Positions 28,152-39,129 of a stretch of 64,000 nt of DNA are shown here, one piece after another (within the stretch, counting starts at the first letter, position 1; each line of letters opens with the position of its first letter). Made by a program: the position numbers and the translations under genes. The notes under the pieces were generated by a model. The model ran no database searches. It saw only the letters and a list, made by a program, of their open reading frames with translations, and had not been told where the DNA came from. The DNA is from an uncultured delta proteobacterium (GTDB lineage Bacteria > Myxococcota > B64-G9), in contig CAVWHX010000003.1 of assembly GCA_963754925.1 (NCBI GenBank), positions 32,001 to 96,000 of the forward strand. Reading direction: 5' to 3'.

Positions 28152-29351
28152 CTAATTGGTTGCTTTCTCTTGAGTTTCCTTCGCCTGCGCATCTGAAACA
28201 AAGTGCATGGTTATCTGCACTACCTCGGGTTGACTCCCCAGCCTCACCGGTGGTCCCCAAGTGCCATAGCCACAGGATACATAAAAATTAGTATTACCAA
28301 ATCTCCGGTATCCCCAACTTATATCAAAGATCATACGGGTTATGAACTGTATAGGCCAGAGCTGACCATTATGCGTATGGCCCGATACTTGGAGGTCTAC
28401 CTTATTTCGAATCGCCTGATCAAGACCTAGTGGTTGATGATCCATCAGCACAATAGGTAAGTTCTTGTTCACTCCGGCAAGAATCTGCTCCAAGGGTTTT
28501 CTCTTTCGGCCGGTCATTTGGGTGAACGTGCGGTCTTCCCTGCCAACCAGAACAAAACGATCATCGATGGTAATTGCGGTGTCGCGTAATACCGTCACCC
28601 CATGATCGGTCAAATAGCGAACCGACTCTTCTACGCCGCCATAATATTCATGGTTGCCGGTTACCGCGAACGTTCCATAACGGGAGCGAATATTTTTCAA
28701 TGTCTCCCCCATATTTTCTTCAACAACCGGTCTGACATCCTCGTCGATAATATCACCAGCAAGTAAAACAATATCCGGGCGCAGACCATTTATTAAGTCA
28801 ACCATATGCGCAAGACGAGAGTTTTGAATGATGGTGCCTAAATGAATGTCGGTCACCAACGCAATAGTGAGAGACTCACGCCTCTCATCCGCTGTCTGGA
28901 CGTTTATATCGACGTGTCGAATCCGTGGATGAAGCGCATTAATATATCCAATAACCATCACTATCGATGTAGTCGTAATTGCAGCCAGTGCTGTTAGTTG
29001 CTTGGTTCGATCAATGTTCGCGGTAATCCAAATAGGGAACCAATTAAAAAAGTGATTACTCAATCGAAGGAGATCCACCACAATAACAATAAGAAATAGA
29101 TATAAAATGATACCAAACCAGAAAGAGCCTATCCAGGTCAGCCAGTGGCTGAGGCCGGAGACGGTGAATCTCCCAATAATCCGACCGGCGATGTATGAAA
29201 GAGCAAAAAAGAGAAAGATGCCAAGGTAGGGGATTTTTAATTGAGAGCCGCTCGGTAACGCCTGCCAGCCCCTGAGGAAGACATAGTAATTGGCGCTTCC
29301 ATAAATGGTAAAAAAAACGGCAAAAAAGATAACCATAGCTAATATTTTCAT
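28152..29351 (-). CDS. Membrane-bound metallophosphoesterase (YkuE-like)
   Basis: TDIHLG, AGDIID, GNHE, DHQP, SGHTHNGQ; four N-terminal TM helices. Confidence 0.9.
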   Translation of the reverse strand: MKILAMVIFFAVFFTIYGSANYYVFLRGWQALPSGSQLKIPYLGIFLFFALSYIAGRIIGRFTVSGLSHWLTWIGSFWFGIILYLFLIVIVVDLLRLSNHFFNWFPIWITANIDRTKQLTALAAITTTSIVMVIGYINALHPRIRHVDINVQTADERRESLTIALVTDIHLGTIIQNSRLAHMVDLINGLRPDIVLLAGDIIDEDVRPVVEENMGETLKNIRSRYGTFAVTGNHEYYGGVEESVRYLTDHGVTVLRDTAITIDDRFVLVGREDRTFTQMTGRKRKPLEQILAGVNKNLPIVLMDHQPLGLDQAIRNKVDLQVSGHTHNGQLWPIQFITRMIFDISWGYRRFGNTNFYVSCGYGTWGPPVRLGSQPEVVQITMHFVSDAQAKETQEKATN

Positions 29352-29400
29352 GTGTTCGCTGAATGCCTATAATGGGTGGCGTTCACATCGCTTTTAGACG

Positions 29401-29814
29401 TCACTCCAAGGACCGGTAACGGCTTGGCTCAAAGCTTGGGCTACAGACGCAAAAGAATACTAAATCATTCTTGCCAAGCGCCTTGATACGCTGGCGGGTT
29501 CCTGGGGGAATAATCACCAATTGGCCGGGATTGACCTTCTCGGGAGGACGCTCTCCGACTTCAACGGTGCCCTGGCCTGAAAAAATTATATATATTTCGG
29601 TTATTCCCTCTAGAAGATGCCACACCGTGGTCTCGCCTGGCTTTACTCGGGCACGGGCTATAGACAAACGCCCCTCTTCGGGCAATCCGATGGCCGGTAC
29701 TATTTGACAACGCTCGGGAGTTGGTGTTTCGTTCACCTCATACAAACTCAAAATCGTCGGACGAGAATACATGGAAACCGGTTCCTCGCTTTCCTTCGTT
29801 ATCTTGGTTACCAC
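29401..29814 (-). CDS. Cupin domain protein
   Basis: SIARARVKPGETTVWH, EIYIIFSGQG, IPPGTRQRI. Confidence 0.8.
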   Translation of the reverse strand: MVTKITKESEEPVSMYSRPTILSLYEVNETPTPERCQIVPAIGLPEEGRLSIARARVKPGETTVWHLLEGITEIYIIFSGQGTVEVGERPPEKVNPGQLVIIPPGTRQRIKALGKNDLVFFCVCSPSFEPSRYRSLE

Positions 29815-29936
29815 ATCTCTTCCGTGGAAAAAAGCTTTCCTGCGATCGGTACGATTTTTTGCAGAATTTCCTTGACCTCCGCCTTCAATTCACGTAGTGG
29901 TGTGCCGCTTTGTTTGATTGGTTTGGAGAATGTGCA

Positions 29937-32030
29937 GTGCCTACAGACATCAATAACATCAGAAACATCGGCATCTTCGCTCACATAGACAGCGGCAAAA
30001 CCACTCTGACCGAACGCATCTTATACTACACCGGGCGTATTCACGCGATCCACGAGGTTAAAGGCGCGGACGGCATCGGCGCAACCATGGATTCCATGGA
30101 GCTCGAGCGCGAGCGCGGGATTACCATTTCCAGTGCCGCCACCTATTGCCAATGGCTCGACCACCACATCAACGTCATCGACACACCCGGCCACGTCGAC
30201 TTTACCATCGAGGTCGAACGCTCCCTGCGCGTCCTCGACGGCGCGGTCCTGGTCCTGTGCGCGGTCGGCGGCGTACAAAGTCAATCGTTAACCGTCGATC
30301 GTCAGATGCGACGCTATAATGTTCCGCGCCTGGCCCTGATCAATAAATGCGATCGCACCGGCGCCAATCCGCTCAAGGTTCGCGATCAACTACGCGAAAA
30401 ACTCGGCACTAACCCGGTGCTGCTCCAATTGCCGCTCGGTATCGAGGACAAATTTGAGGGCATCATCGACCTGATCGAAATGCAGATCATTCGGTTTGGC
30501 GGGGCGTTGGGCAGTGATATCACCCGCGAACCAATATCGGCCGATTTACTGCACTCGGCCCAATCCGCCCGGGAAGAAATGCTCGATGCCGTTTCAATGT
30601 TCTCGGACGAGTTAACCGAGGCGATTCTGGAGGAGCGCCTCACCGCTTCGCTCATTCGCCAGGCAATACGCGCGGGCACCATTGCAAACCAGATCGTCCC
30701 CGTGCTCGTGGCTTCTGCTTACAAAAACAAAGCGGTCCAGCCCATCCTGGATGCAATTGTTTGGTATTTACCCAACCCGACCGAAGTCACTAACCAGGCT
30801 GTCGACATGAGTAAAAACGACGAGCCGATTATTCTCTCGAATGATCCAGACCAGCCGACCGTTGCGCTAGCGTTCAAGCTCGAGGACGGTCGCTACGGTC
30901 AACTAACCTACGTGCGCGTGTACCAAGGTTGTTTGCGACGCGATCAGACTATCTTCAACGTTCGCACCGGCAAGAAACACAAGATCGGCCGGTTGGTGCG
31001 CTTGCATGCGGATGAAATGGAGGACATCCAGGAAGCTTCCGCCGGCGACATCGTCGCCATGTTCGGCATCGACTGCGCCTCGGGAGATAGTTTTACCGAT
31101 GGATCGATCGAGGTCGCGATGACGTCCATTCATGTTCCCGACCCGGTCATCTCGCTGTCGATAAAACCAGTCGACGCCAAGTCCGAAATAAACATGTCCA
31201 AGGCGCTGCGGCGGTTCGTAAAGGAAGATCCCACGTTCCATACCCAGGTGGACGCCCAATCGGGCGAGACCATTATTCGCGGCATGGGCGAACTGCATCT
31301 CGATGTGTATGTCGAGCGGATGAAGCGCGAATACAACGCGCTCGTAACCACATCGGCACCGCAGGTGGCCTACCGCGAGACGGTCTCAAAGCACGCTGCC
31401 TTCGACTACACCCATAGAAACAAACCGGCGGGGCCGGGCAGTACGGACGCGTGATAGGCTCCATCGAGCCCTACCCCGACGGCGACTTTGAATTTGTCAA
31501 CAGCGTGGTGGGCGGAAACATCCCCCGGCAATTCATCGCTTCCGTTGAAAAAGGGTTTAAGTCAATCCTGGCGAAAGGCCTAAAGATCGGCTTTCCGGTC
31601 GTCAATGTGCGAGTTACGGTCAACGACGGCAACGCGCACGCGGTGGATTCCTCCGACATCGCGTTCCAGGAGGCAGCGCGCGGGGCGTGGCGAGATGCCT
31701 ATCTTCGCGCCGGTCCCCAGATCCTCGAACCCATCATGCGGGTGGTGGTTGAGGGGCCGCCTGAATTCTCAGGCGGGGTGTTGGGAACGCTCATGCAGCG
31801 CCGGGGGATGATTATCGGCTCACAAGAAGACACCGGCTGCACCCAAATCGAGGCCGAAGTGCCGCTTGCCGAGATGTTTGGCTACGCTACCGTGCTGCGC
31901 TCGGCTACGCAAGGTAAGGCCGAGTTCACCATGGAGTTCTCACGCTACCTACCGGTTCCAGACGCCGTTGAGGAAGAGCTCGTCAACAAGTTTCAGGAAA
32001 AGAAAACTTTCCCACGCGGGAAAAAAGTGA
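29937..32030 (+). CDS. fusA: Elongation factor G (frameshifts near 31417 and 32025)
   Basis: [33 protein letters not shown]; adding one A restores [12 protein letters not shown]; removing one A gives GKK* at 32030. Confidence 0.93.
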
Positions 32031-32040
32031 GGGATACCCC

Positions 32041-33306
32041 ATGGGCCACAACGGAAGCCGCCAACAGGAGTCGTCGCGTTTTTCAAGCAAGCTCCTCCCC
32101 GAAGATCTGGCGATCGGGCGTCTCGGGGTCGTCATGGCTCGGGCGGGAGTCGGCAAAACAGCCTTCTTGGTTCGGCTCGGTCTTGAGGAGCTTCAAAACG
32201 CTCACACCGTTTTGCACATCGCCTTGGGGCAACATCTCGACCAGGTGCGCTCGCGCTACGATTCGATGGTTGCCGACCTTTTTAACGATACGTCGTTTGA
32301 ACAGCGCGAAATGATGAGAACCTCATTGAGGCACAATCGCGTCATAAAAACCTTCTCCGACCACCGGCTGACGCCGGCCCGGTTACGGGAGGTCATACAG
32401 ACCTTCGAGCAGGCGATCGGGTTTAAGCCGACCTGCATTCTGGTGGACGGCTTCGACTGGGAAGGTCCGCCCGACGAAGTGGCGAGCATCTTATCGGAAT
32501 TGAAGGATCTGGTGCGCGAACGGGCTAAGCTTTGGCTTACGGCTGTGACGTTCCAGGACAGCAGCTGCCAAGACGACCAGATACCGCCGCCCTGCGGACC
32601 GGTTGCCGCTCATATTGACATGACCTTGTTGCTCAACCCTCAGGGCGAGCGCATGAGTGTTCGGTATTTGAACGGGCCGAGCTCAGGTCAACGATCACTG
32701 GTTTTCGCAACCAGTACGCTTCGGCCGGTGGATGCGGCCGAGCGACCCTCACCCAGCGCCTATACGCTGCTTTCAGGCGGCGCCTACGGCAGCGAAGCCG
32801 CATTTGGCACCTGGGCCGAACGTTATGGGGTGCAAGAGATCAATTTCTCATTTGAGGGCCACGAAATCGTCCGATCTCGTGGTATCGTCAAGCTTAATGA
32901 GGCCGAACTCCACCAGGGAGATGTCTCTCTGGCCTATCTGGTTTTGCACATGCACCGTACATATCCGCGGACCCCGGAATTCCGCAAGGTGCTGCAATCG
33001 ATCTGGCACCAGGTGCAGTCCGCGGGAGAAGTTTTTGCCGTCGGCGTGATACAACAGGATTCGACCGTCCGCGGCGGCACCGGCTGGGCGGTAGAGCTCG
33101 CCCGACATTGGGATAAACCCATCTATGTCTTCGACCAGGACCGCGGAGCCTGGCACCACTGGCACACCAATGCTTGGGTGGCCGTGCCAACCCCGGTGAT
33201 TTCCCACACTCGGTTTACCGGCACCGGCACCCGCCAACCCAACGAGGCCGCCCAAAAGGCCATCCGCGAACTGTTTGAAGGAACGTTCGGCGCGCTGCCT
33301 GATTGA
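32041..33306 (+). CDS. RecA/KaiC-like P-loop domain fused to SLOG-like (YpsA/DprA-type) domain
   Basis: Walker A ARAGVGKT, Walker B ILVDG; C-terminal SGGAYGSE, GGTGWAVELA, KPIYVFDQ, FTGTGTR. Confidence 0.65.
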   Translation: MGHNGSRQQESSRFSSKLLPEDLAIGRLGVVMARAGVGKTAFLVRLGLEELQNAHTVLHIALGQHLDQVRSRYDSMVADLFNDTSFEQREMMRTSLRHNRVIKTFSDHRLTPARLREVIQTFEQAIGFKPTCILVDGFDWEGPPDEVASILSELKDLVRERAKLWLTAVTFQDSSCQDDQIPPPCGPVAAHIDMTLLLNPQGERMSVRYLNGPSSGQRSLVFATSTLRPVDAAERPSPSAYTLLSGGAYGSEAAFGTWAERYGVQEINFSFEGHEIVRSRGIVKLNEAELHQGDVSLAYLVLHMHRTYPRTPEFRKVLQSIWHQVQSAGEVFAVGVIQQDSTVRGGTGWAVELARHWDKPIYVFDQDRGAWHHWHTNAWVAVPTPVISHTRFTGTGTRQPNEAAQKAIRELFEGTFGALPD

Positions 33307-33318
33307 GCGTAACCGCGA

Positions 33319-34659
33319 TTAAAATTGCGCTCGTTCCGTCGAATCCTTCATCGCGCCGACGGAGCTCTTCCCACCGCTGACAGTTTCCATCACCCGATCA
33401 AAGTAGCCAACCCCGACGAATTTCTGATGGGTGATAGCCATGTACCCTTCTTCTTTTCCGTGTTTGAATTCTTCCTGTTGGAAACGGGAATAGGCTTTCA
33501 TGCCTTCCTTGCGGTAGCTGCTGGCGAGATCAAACATGCCCAAATTGAGAGCATGGAACCCCGCCAGGGTAACGAACTGGAATTTATAGCCCATGGCGCC
33601 CAGTTCCCGTTGAAAGGATTTGAGCGCAGCATCATCCATATTTGCTTTCCAGTTGAACGATGGAGAACAATTGTATGCTAAGGGCTTGTCGGGAAAGTGC
33701 TTGTGGATCCCTTCGGCAAATTGTTTGGCCTGTTGCATATCCGGGTCGTTCGTCTCGCACCAAATCATGTCGGCGTATGGCGCGTAAGCTAAACCGCGGG
33801 CGATAGCAGCCTCAACACCGGGTTTGACCCAATAAAAACCCTCTTCCGAACGTTTGGAGCCGATTATGAAGGGGCGATCGCGCTCATCGATATCGCTCGT
33901 GACCAATTTGGCAGCGTCGGCATCCGTGCGGCCGATCAGCACCGTGGGCACGCCGCAGATATCGGCGGCAAGTCGAGCGGATATCAACTTGACGATAAAT
34001 TCACTGGTAGGTACGAGGACCTTACCCCCCAGGTGGCCACATTTTTTTGCGGAAGCCAATTGATCTTCGAAATGGACACCGGCCGCCCCGGCCTCGATCA
34101 TCGATTTCATTATTTCAAAAGCGTTCAACGGTCCGCCGAAACCGGCCTCGGCGTCGGCGACGACCGGCGCAAACCAGTACGGTCCGCTTTCCCGGCAATC
34201 CAAAACCTGGATCTGATCCGCGCGCTGCAGCGCGTTGTTGATGCGCCGTACCACGTTAGGAACACTATCGGCTGGATACAAGCTCTGATCCGGATACATC
34301 TGTCCGGCTGTGTTGTTGTCGGCCGCCACTTGCCATCCGCTCACATAAATGGCTTTCAACCCCGCTTCGACCTGCTGCACGGCCTGGTTTCCGGTCAATG
34401 CTCCAAGCGCGGGAACGTAGTCCTCAGAGTGAATGAGACGCCACAAGCGTTTGGCGCCCGCATCCGCAAACGTGTGCTCCACCTGTAACGTGCCCCTCAA
34501 ATTCAGGACATCGCTTGCCGTGTACGGCCGCTGTATTCCTTTCCAGCGCGGATCGGTTTTCCAGCTCTGCTCCAGATCCTTGATCTCTCCGTTGTCGATA
34601 TGATGGCATGAGATGCGCTTTTCGAGCTCGATTGCCTTTTCCTCTATATTTTTGTTCAT
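33319..34659 (-). CDS. aceA: Isocitrate lyase
   Basis: [37 protein letters not shown]. Confidence 0.97.
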   Translation of the reverse strand: MNKNIEEKAIELEKRISCHHIDNGEIKDLEQSWKTDPRWKGIQRPYTASDVLNLRGTLQVEHTFADAGAKRLWRLIHSEDYVPALGALTGNQAVQQVEAGLKAIYVSGWQVAADNNTAGQMYPDQSLYPADSVPNVVRRINNALQRADQIQVLDCRESGPYWFAPVVADAEAGFGGPLNAFEIMKSMIEAGAAGVHFEDQLASAKKCGHLGGKVLVPTSEFIVKLISARLAADICGVPTVLIGRTDADAAKLVTSDIDERDRPFIIGSKRSEEGFYWVKPGVEAAIARGLAYAPYADMIWCETNDPDMQQAKQFAEGIHKHFPDKPLAYNCSPSFNWKANMDDAALKSFQRELGAMGYKFQFVTLAGFHALNLGMFDLASSYRKEGMKAYSRFQQEEFKHGKEEGYMAITHQKFVGVGYFDRVMETVSGGKSSVGAMKDSTERAQF

Positions 34660-34726
34660 AGCGTTACCTCTCTCCTTGAATAGTTGCTATCATGACCGTA
34701 TTGCGAAACTATACCCGATACAGCTC

Positions 34727-36325
34727 TTAATCCAACTGATCGTACGCCTTCAACGTCAAAAACTCTTCCAGTTCATCGTTGATGATGATTTCGCCCAACA
34801 AGCGGGCCGCGTTTTCGTAATTACCGCCTTCAAACTGCCTGGCGCCGACTGCGTTCCTGATTTTTTCCAGTTCCTCTTCTTCAACCCGACGGAAAAGCTC
34901 AACGGTGACCTTGCAACCGTCGTCCAACACGCCCTTGGGATGGTGCACCCACTGCCACAACTGCGTGCGTGAGATTTCGGCCGTGGCGGCGTCTTCCATC
35001 AGATGATTGATGGGAACGCAACCGGTTCCGGAGAGCCAGGAGGCCATATATTGAATGGCGACGCTGACATTGTTGCGCAGGCCGCCTTCCGTAATGGTTC
35101 CCCCGGGTAGTTCCAGCAAGTCTTTCGCCGTGACGCGTACGTCCTCGCGTAACCGGTGTATCTGGTTGGGCGTCGGCATGAGTCGGTCAAACTCGGCCTT
35201 GGCCACGGCCACCAACCCAGGATGGGCCACCCATGTGCCGTCATGGCCGTCATGTGCCTCGCGGATTTTATCGTCGCGGACTTTCTGTAGGGCCAGCTCA
35301 TTCGCCTGGAGGTCGTCCTTGATGGGGATCTGCGCGGCCATGCCGCCGATGGCGTGCACCCCCCGACGATGGCAGGTCTTGATGACCAATTGTGCGTAGG
35401 AGCGCATACAGGGCCGGGTCATGGTTATCTGAGCGCGATCGGGAAAAATGTATTCCGGCACGTTTTTGAAGCGCTTAATAAAGCTAAAAATATAATCCCA
35501 GCGGCCGCAGTTTAACCCGGCCATGTGATCCCTGAGCTCGTAGATGATCTCGTCGATTTCAAAGGACGCCAGGATGGTTTCGATCAACACTGTTGCCTTG
35601 ATACTGCCGCGGGGAATATCAAGCAGCTTCTCCGCCCGCACGAATATATCGTTCCAGAGGCGCGCCTCGGTGTGGCTTTCGAGTTTGGGCAGATAAAAGT
35701 AAGGACCGCTTCCCTGCTTGATGAGATTTTTCGCGTTATGAAAGAAAAAAAGCCCGAAATCGAAGATGGCGCCCGCAACCGGCCTGCCGTCCACCTCGAG
35801 GTGTTTTTCGAGTAAATGCCATCCGCGCGGACGCACAATCAGCGTCGCCCGATTCTTTTCCAGGCGATACTCTTTTCCTTCCGGCGAAACAAATTGGATG
35901 GTTCCGTTGACGGCGTCCCTAAGATTTATTTGGCCGTCAATATTGTTGTCCCAGGTTGGGGTATGGGAGTCCTCAAAATCGGCCATGTAGGTCTTAGACC
36001 CGGAATTCAAGGCATTGATCACCATTTTGCGATCCACCGGGCCGGTAATTTCCACTCGCCGGTCCTGCAAGTCAGCCGGAATCGGCGCCGCTTTCCATTC
36101 GCTTTCCCGAATTTCTCTTGTCTCTTCCAGAAAATCCGGAAATTTCCCGTCGTCAATGGCAGCCTGCACCTCCAGTCTCCGCTTCAAGAGGCCTTGACGG
36201 CGATCTTCAAACTCCCGCGCGAGGGAGGCGACAAACGACAGCGCTTTGGGGGTGAGTATGGTTTTGAATGAGTCAGTCAAAGGCGCTGTTATCGTTATGC
36301 CGTTGTCCTGTCTCTCTGGGCTCAT
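34727..36325 (-). CDS. aceB: Malate synthase A
   Basis: DRRVEITGP, VRPRGWH, GLNCGRWDYIFS, DGTWVAHPGL, LMEDAATAEISR. Confidence 0.97.
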   Translation of the reverse strand: MSPERQDNGITITAPLTDSFKTILTPKALSFVASLAREFEDRRQGLLKRRLEVQAAIDDGKFPDFLEETREIRESEWKAAPIPADLQDRRVEITGPVDRKMVINALNSGSKTYMADFEDSHTPTWDNNIDGQINLRDAVNGTIQFVSPEGKEYRLEKNRATLIVRPRGWHLLEKHLEVDGRPVAGAIFDFGLFFFHNAKNLIKQGSGPYFYLPKLESHTEARLWNDIFVRAEKLLDIPRGSIKATVLIETILASFEIDEIIYELRDHMAGLNCGRWDYIFSFIKRFKNVPEYIFPDRAQITMTRPCMRSYAQLVIKTCHRRGVHAIGGMAAQIPIKDDLQANELALQKVRDDKIREAHDGHDGTWVAHPGLVAVAKAEFDRLMPTPNQIHRLREDVRVTAKDLLELPGGTITEGGLRNNVSVAIQYMASWLSGTGCVPINHLMEDAATAEISRTQLWQWVHHPKGVLDDGCKVTVELFRRVEEEELEKIRNAVGARQFEGGNYENAARLLGEIIINDELEEFLTLKAYDQLD

Positions 36326-36342
36326 GGGTTACTCCTCGCGAA

Positions 36343-37657
36343 CTACGCAGGCGGCGATTTACCGCTTCCCCTGGCAGCCTCGCATACCGCTTGGGCAACA
36401 GCAAAGTGTACCCTGCGGTCGAGTGGTTGCGGCACGAGCTCGCCGGCGGGCGCCGCGTTGGAAATGGCTCGGGCCGCGGCGAACAGCATGTCGTCGGTAA
36501 AGGCCTTCGCCCCCGCATCCAGGACTCCCCGGAAGAGTCCCGGAAAACCAAGTACGTTGTTGATACTCTTGCCGTCGGCCGCGAAGACGGCGCCGCGTTG
36601 AATGGCATCCACTGGTTCGATTTCGGGATCGGGATTCGACAAGGCGAGAATAAGCTGGCCTTTCCGCACCATGTCCGGCTTGATCAGGCCCGGTCGGCCG
36701 GTCGTGGCGATAATCACATCGGCTTTTTTCATGATGCTTTCCAGATCGCTGCGTTCGCCGCCCAGCGATTCCAATCGGTCAATGGCCTTCTGGTTGATAT
36801 CGACACCCAAAAGCTTCCGCACGCCATAGGCCAGAAGCAGCCGGGCGATGCCGATGCCCGCTGCGCCCAAGCCGATCTGACCGACAATGCTTTCACGTAT
36901 ATCGAGACCCAAACGGCTCACGGCGCTTTCCAGCGCGGCAAGGGTAACCACAGCCGTGCCATGTTGATCGTCATGGAGCACCGGCTGGTTGAGCCGGCGG
37001 CGCAACCCCTCCTCGACTTCAAAGCAGGCCGGCGCGGCGATGTCCTCCAGTTGGATAGCGCCGAACGACGGCGCGATGGCGGCGATAACCTCAATCAGGC
37101 GTTGCGGGTCCTTTTCCTTTATCAGAATCGGAATACCGGACAGATCGCTCAACTTGGCCATGAGGGCGGCTTTGCCTTCCATGACCGGCAAGCCGGCCAC
37201 CGGGCCAATATCGCCAAGCCCCAAAATCGCCGTGCCGTTGGTGATGATGGCCACGGTGCGATCGATATTGGTGTAGCGCCGAACGAGTGTCGGGTCGTCC
37301 TGAATCGCCAGGCATACTCTCGCCACGCCGGGAGTGTAAATGTCGCGCAGCTCCTGCAATGAAGCCGACGGGCGCGCGCGACACCATTTGGATCTTGCCG
37401 CCGATATGCCGGTTAAACACGCGGTCTGATTTACCCAGCACGCTCGCGTTGGGTAGTGCCTTAATATGCTCGAACAGGTTGTGTTCGTCGGCGGCATCCA
37501 GATCCAGGGCAATCTCCCAAACCGTTCGTTCCTCGTTGCGGCGTATGGCATTCAAATCTTCGATCACCAGACCGCAGTCTCCGATTACCGTCAGCACCCT
37601 CGCCAGGCTGCCGGGTTGATGAAGCGTCTCGATTAACAGGATCTCGGGGATTTTCAT
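36343..37657 (-). CDS. NAD(P)-dependent malic enzyme with N-terminal ACT domain (frameshift near 37375)
   Basis: YTPGVA, TNGTAILGLGDIG, VMEGKA, LEDI, HDDQHGTA, ALSNPDPE, NNVLGFPG; break lies in a (GC)n run. Confidence 0.9.
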
Positions 37658-37819
37658 GTTGTTCCGTTCCGGGCCTTTTTAATTACCGGTTGCCATACCA
37701 GGACGGCCCTCACCTTGTTTCATCCACGACCGAGTGAAGCGCACGCACGGTTGGAACACTACGCAGTCGTTCTTACTCGGTTTTCTCGGTGTAGGAAAAC
37801 CAACCTGATACTGAGATAA

Positions 37820-37891
37820 AATTTAATTTCGCCATGCCCTTTGTCAATCCAGCGTTCTAACTATTAATACTATAATAGTTTTAATGGCGAA
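37820..37891 (-). promoter_or_regulatory. Promoter and palindromic operator candidate upstream of malic enzyme-aceB-aceA
   Basis: TTGACA-16 nt-TAAATT; perfect AACTATTA-6 nt-TAATAGTT at 37859-37880. Confidence 0.45.
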
Positions 37892-37902
37892 GTTGGATCC
37901 TA

Positions 37903-39046
37903 TCATGGTCTCTGATCGATCAGCACATACGACCTCGCATCGGGACCGTGGTAGAGACTCTCCGGCCGGTAGAGACGGTTATCCGTGCGCTGTTCCAGGA
38001 TATGAGCAAGCCATCCCGCTACCCTGCCGATCGCGAAGATGGGGGTAAACAAATAGGTCGGAATGCCGAGAAGCTTGAACACCGAGCCGGAGAAAAAATC
38101 GACGTTGGGACTCACCGGATCATCCCGCGATCCCAAAACTACTCCTGCTGCGGACTCCAGTTTTTTTAAAATGTTGAGATCGCTAAAATCATTCTTTTTC
38201 TCGGAGAGATCCTTCAAAAATCCTTCTATAATAATGGCGCGGGGATCTTTTGTTTTGTATACCCGATGGCCATAGCCCATGACCTTCTGCTTTTTTTCCA
38301 TGGTTTTTGCAAACCAGGCGTCAACATTGTTAACAGTTCCGATCTCAGCCAGCATCTTCAAAACCGCTTCATTGGCCCCGCCATGGAGAGAACCGGACAG
38401 CGCCCCGATGGCGGACGCAATGCTGCTGTAACAGGTCGCGATGGTCGAAGCGACCACCCGCGCGGTGAAGGTGGAGGCGTTGAAGCCGTGTTCCGCATGC
38501 AGGAGCAAGCAGACGTCCATGATTCTATCCTCATCTTCATCGGGTTTTTTCCCGCGCATCATATAAAGAAAATTTCCGCCGTGTGATAAGGTGAGATCCG
38601 GCTTAACATATCCCTTCCCTTCTTTGAATCTTTGGTAGGTGGCCACGACGCTGGCAAGTTGAACGACCTGGTGCAAGGTGGTGCGGCAATCGCACAATGC
38701 GGAGTGGTGGATCTTGTGTTGGACATAGCCGCTCAGGTAGGAGACAACCGCCTGCATGAGCTCCATGGGCTTTCCCTCAGGCGGAAAATTCTTTATCATC
38801 TCCAGAATTGAGGATCGAGATCCCTGCTCCTACGCATCAACGCTTGAAACTCCGTAAGCTCGGTCCTGGAAGGTAATGCTCATTCAATAACAAATAGGTT
38901 ACCTCTTCAAAGGAAGAGTAACGCGCCAGGTCCTCAATCGAGTATCCCCGGTAATATAGTTTTCCTGCATTACCGTCGATCTTGCAGATAGCGCTGGAAG
39001 CGGCCATAACCCCTTCCAGTCCTTTTGAAAAAGTCACGTTTCCCAT
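37903..39046 (-). CDS. gltA: Citrate synthase (indels at about 38800-38880)
   Basis: [50 protein letters not shown]. Confidence 0.9.
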
Positions 39047-39129
39047 GTGTCATGTCCTCCTAACCGCTTAATTGCATATATCAGAAAATCAAAGAACCGG
39101 TCTATGTCGGCGGCAGTGACTTCTTCACG

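Noticed and set aside
31400..31460. Programmed frameshift or split fusA
   Set aside because: One missing A restores HKKQTGG; same error pattern occurs across the window
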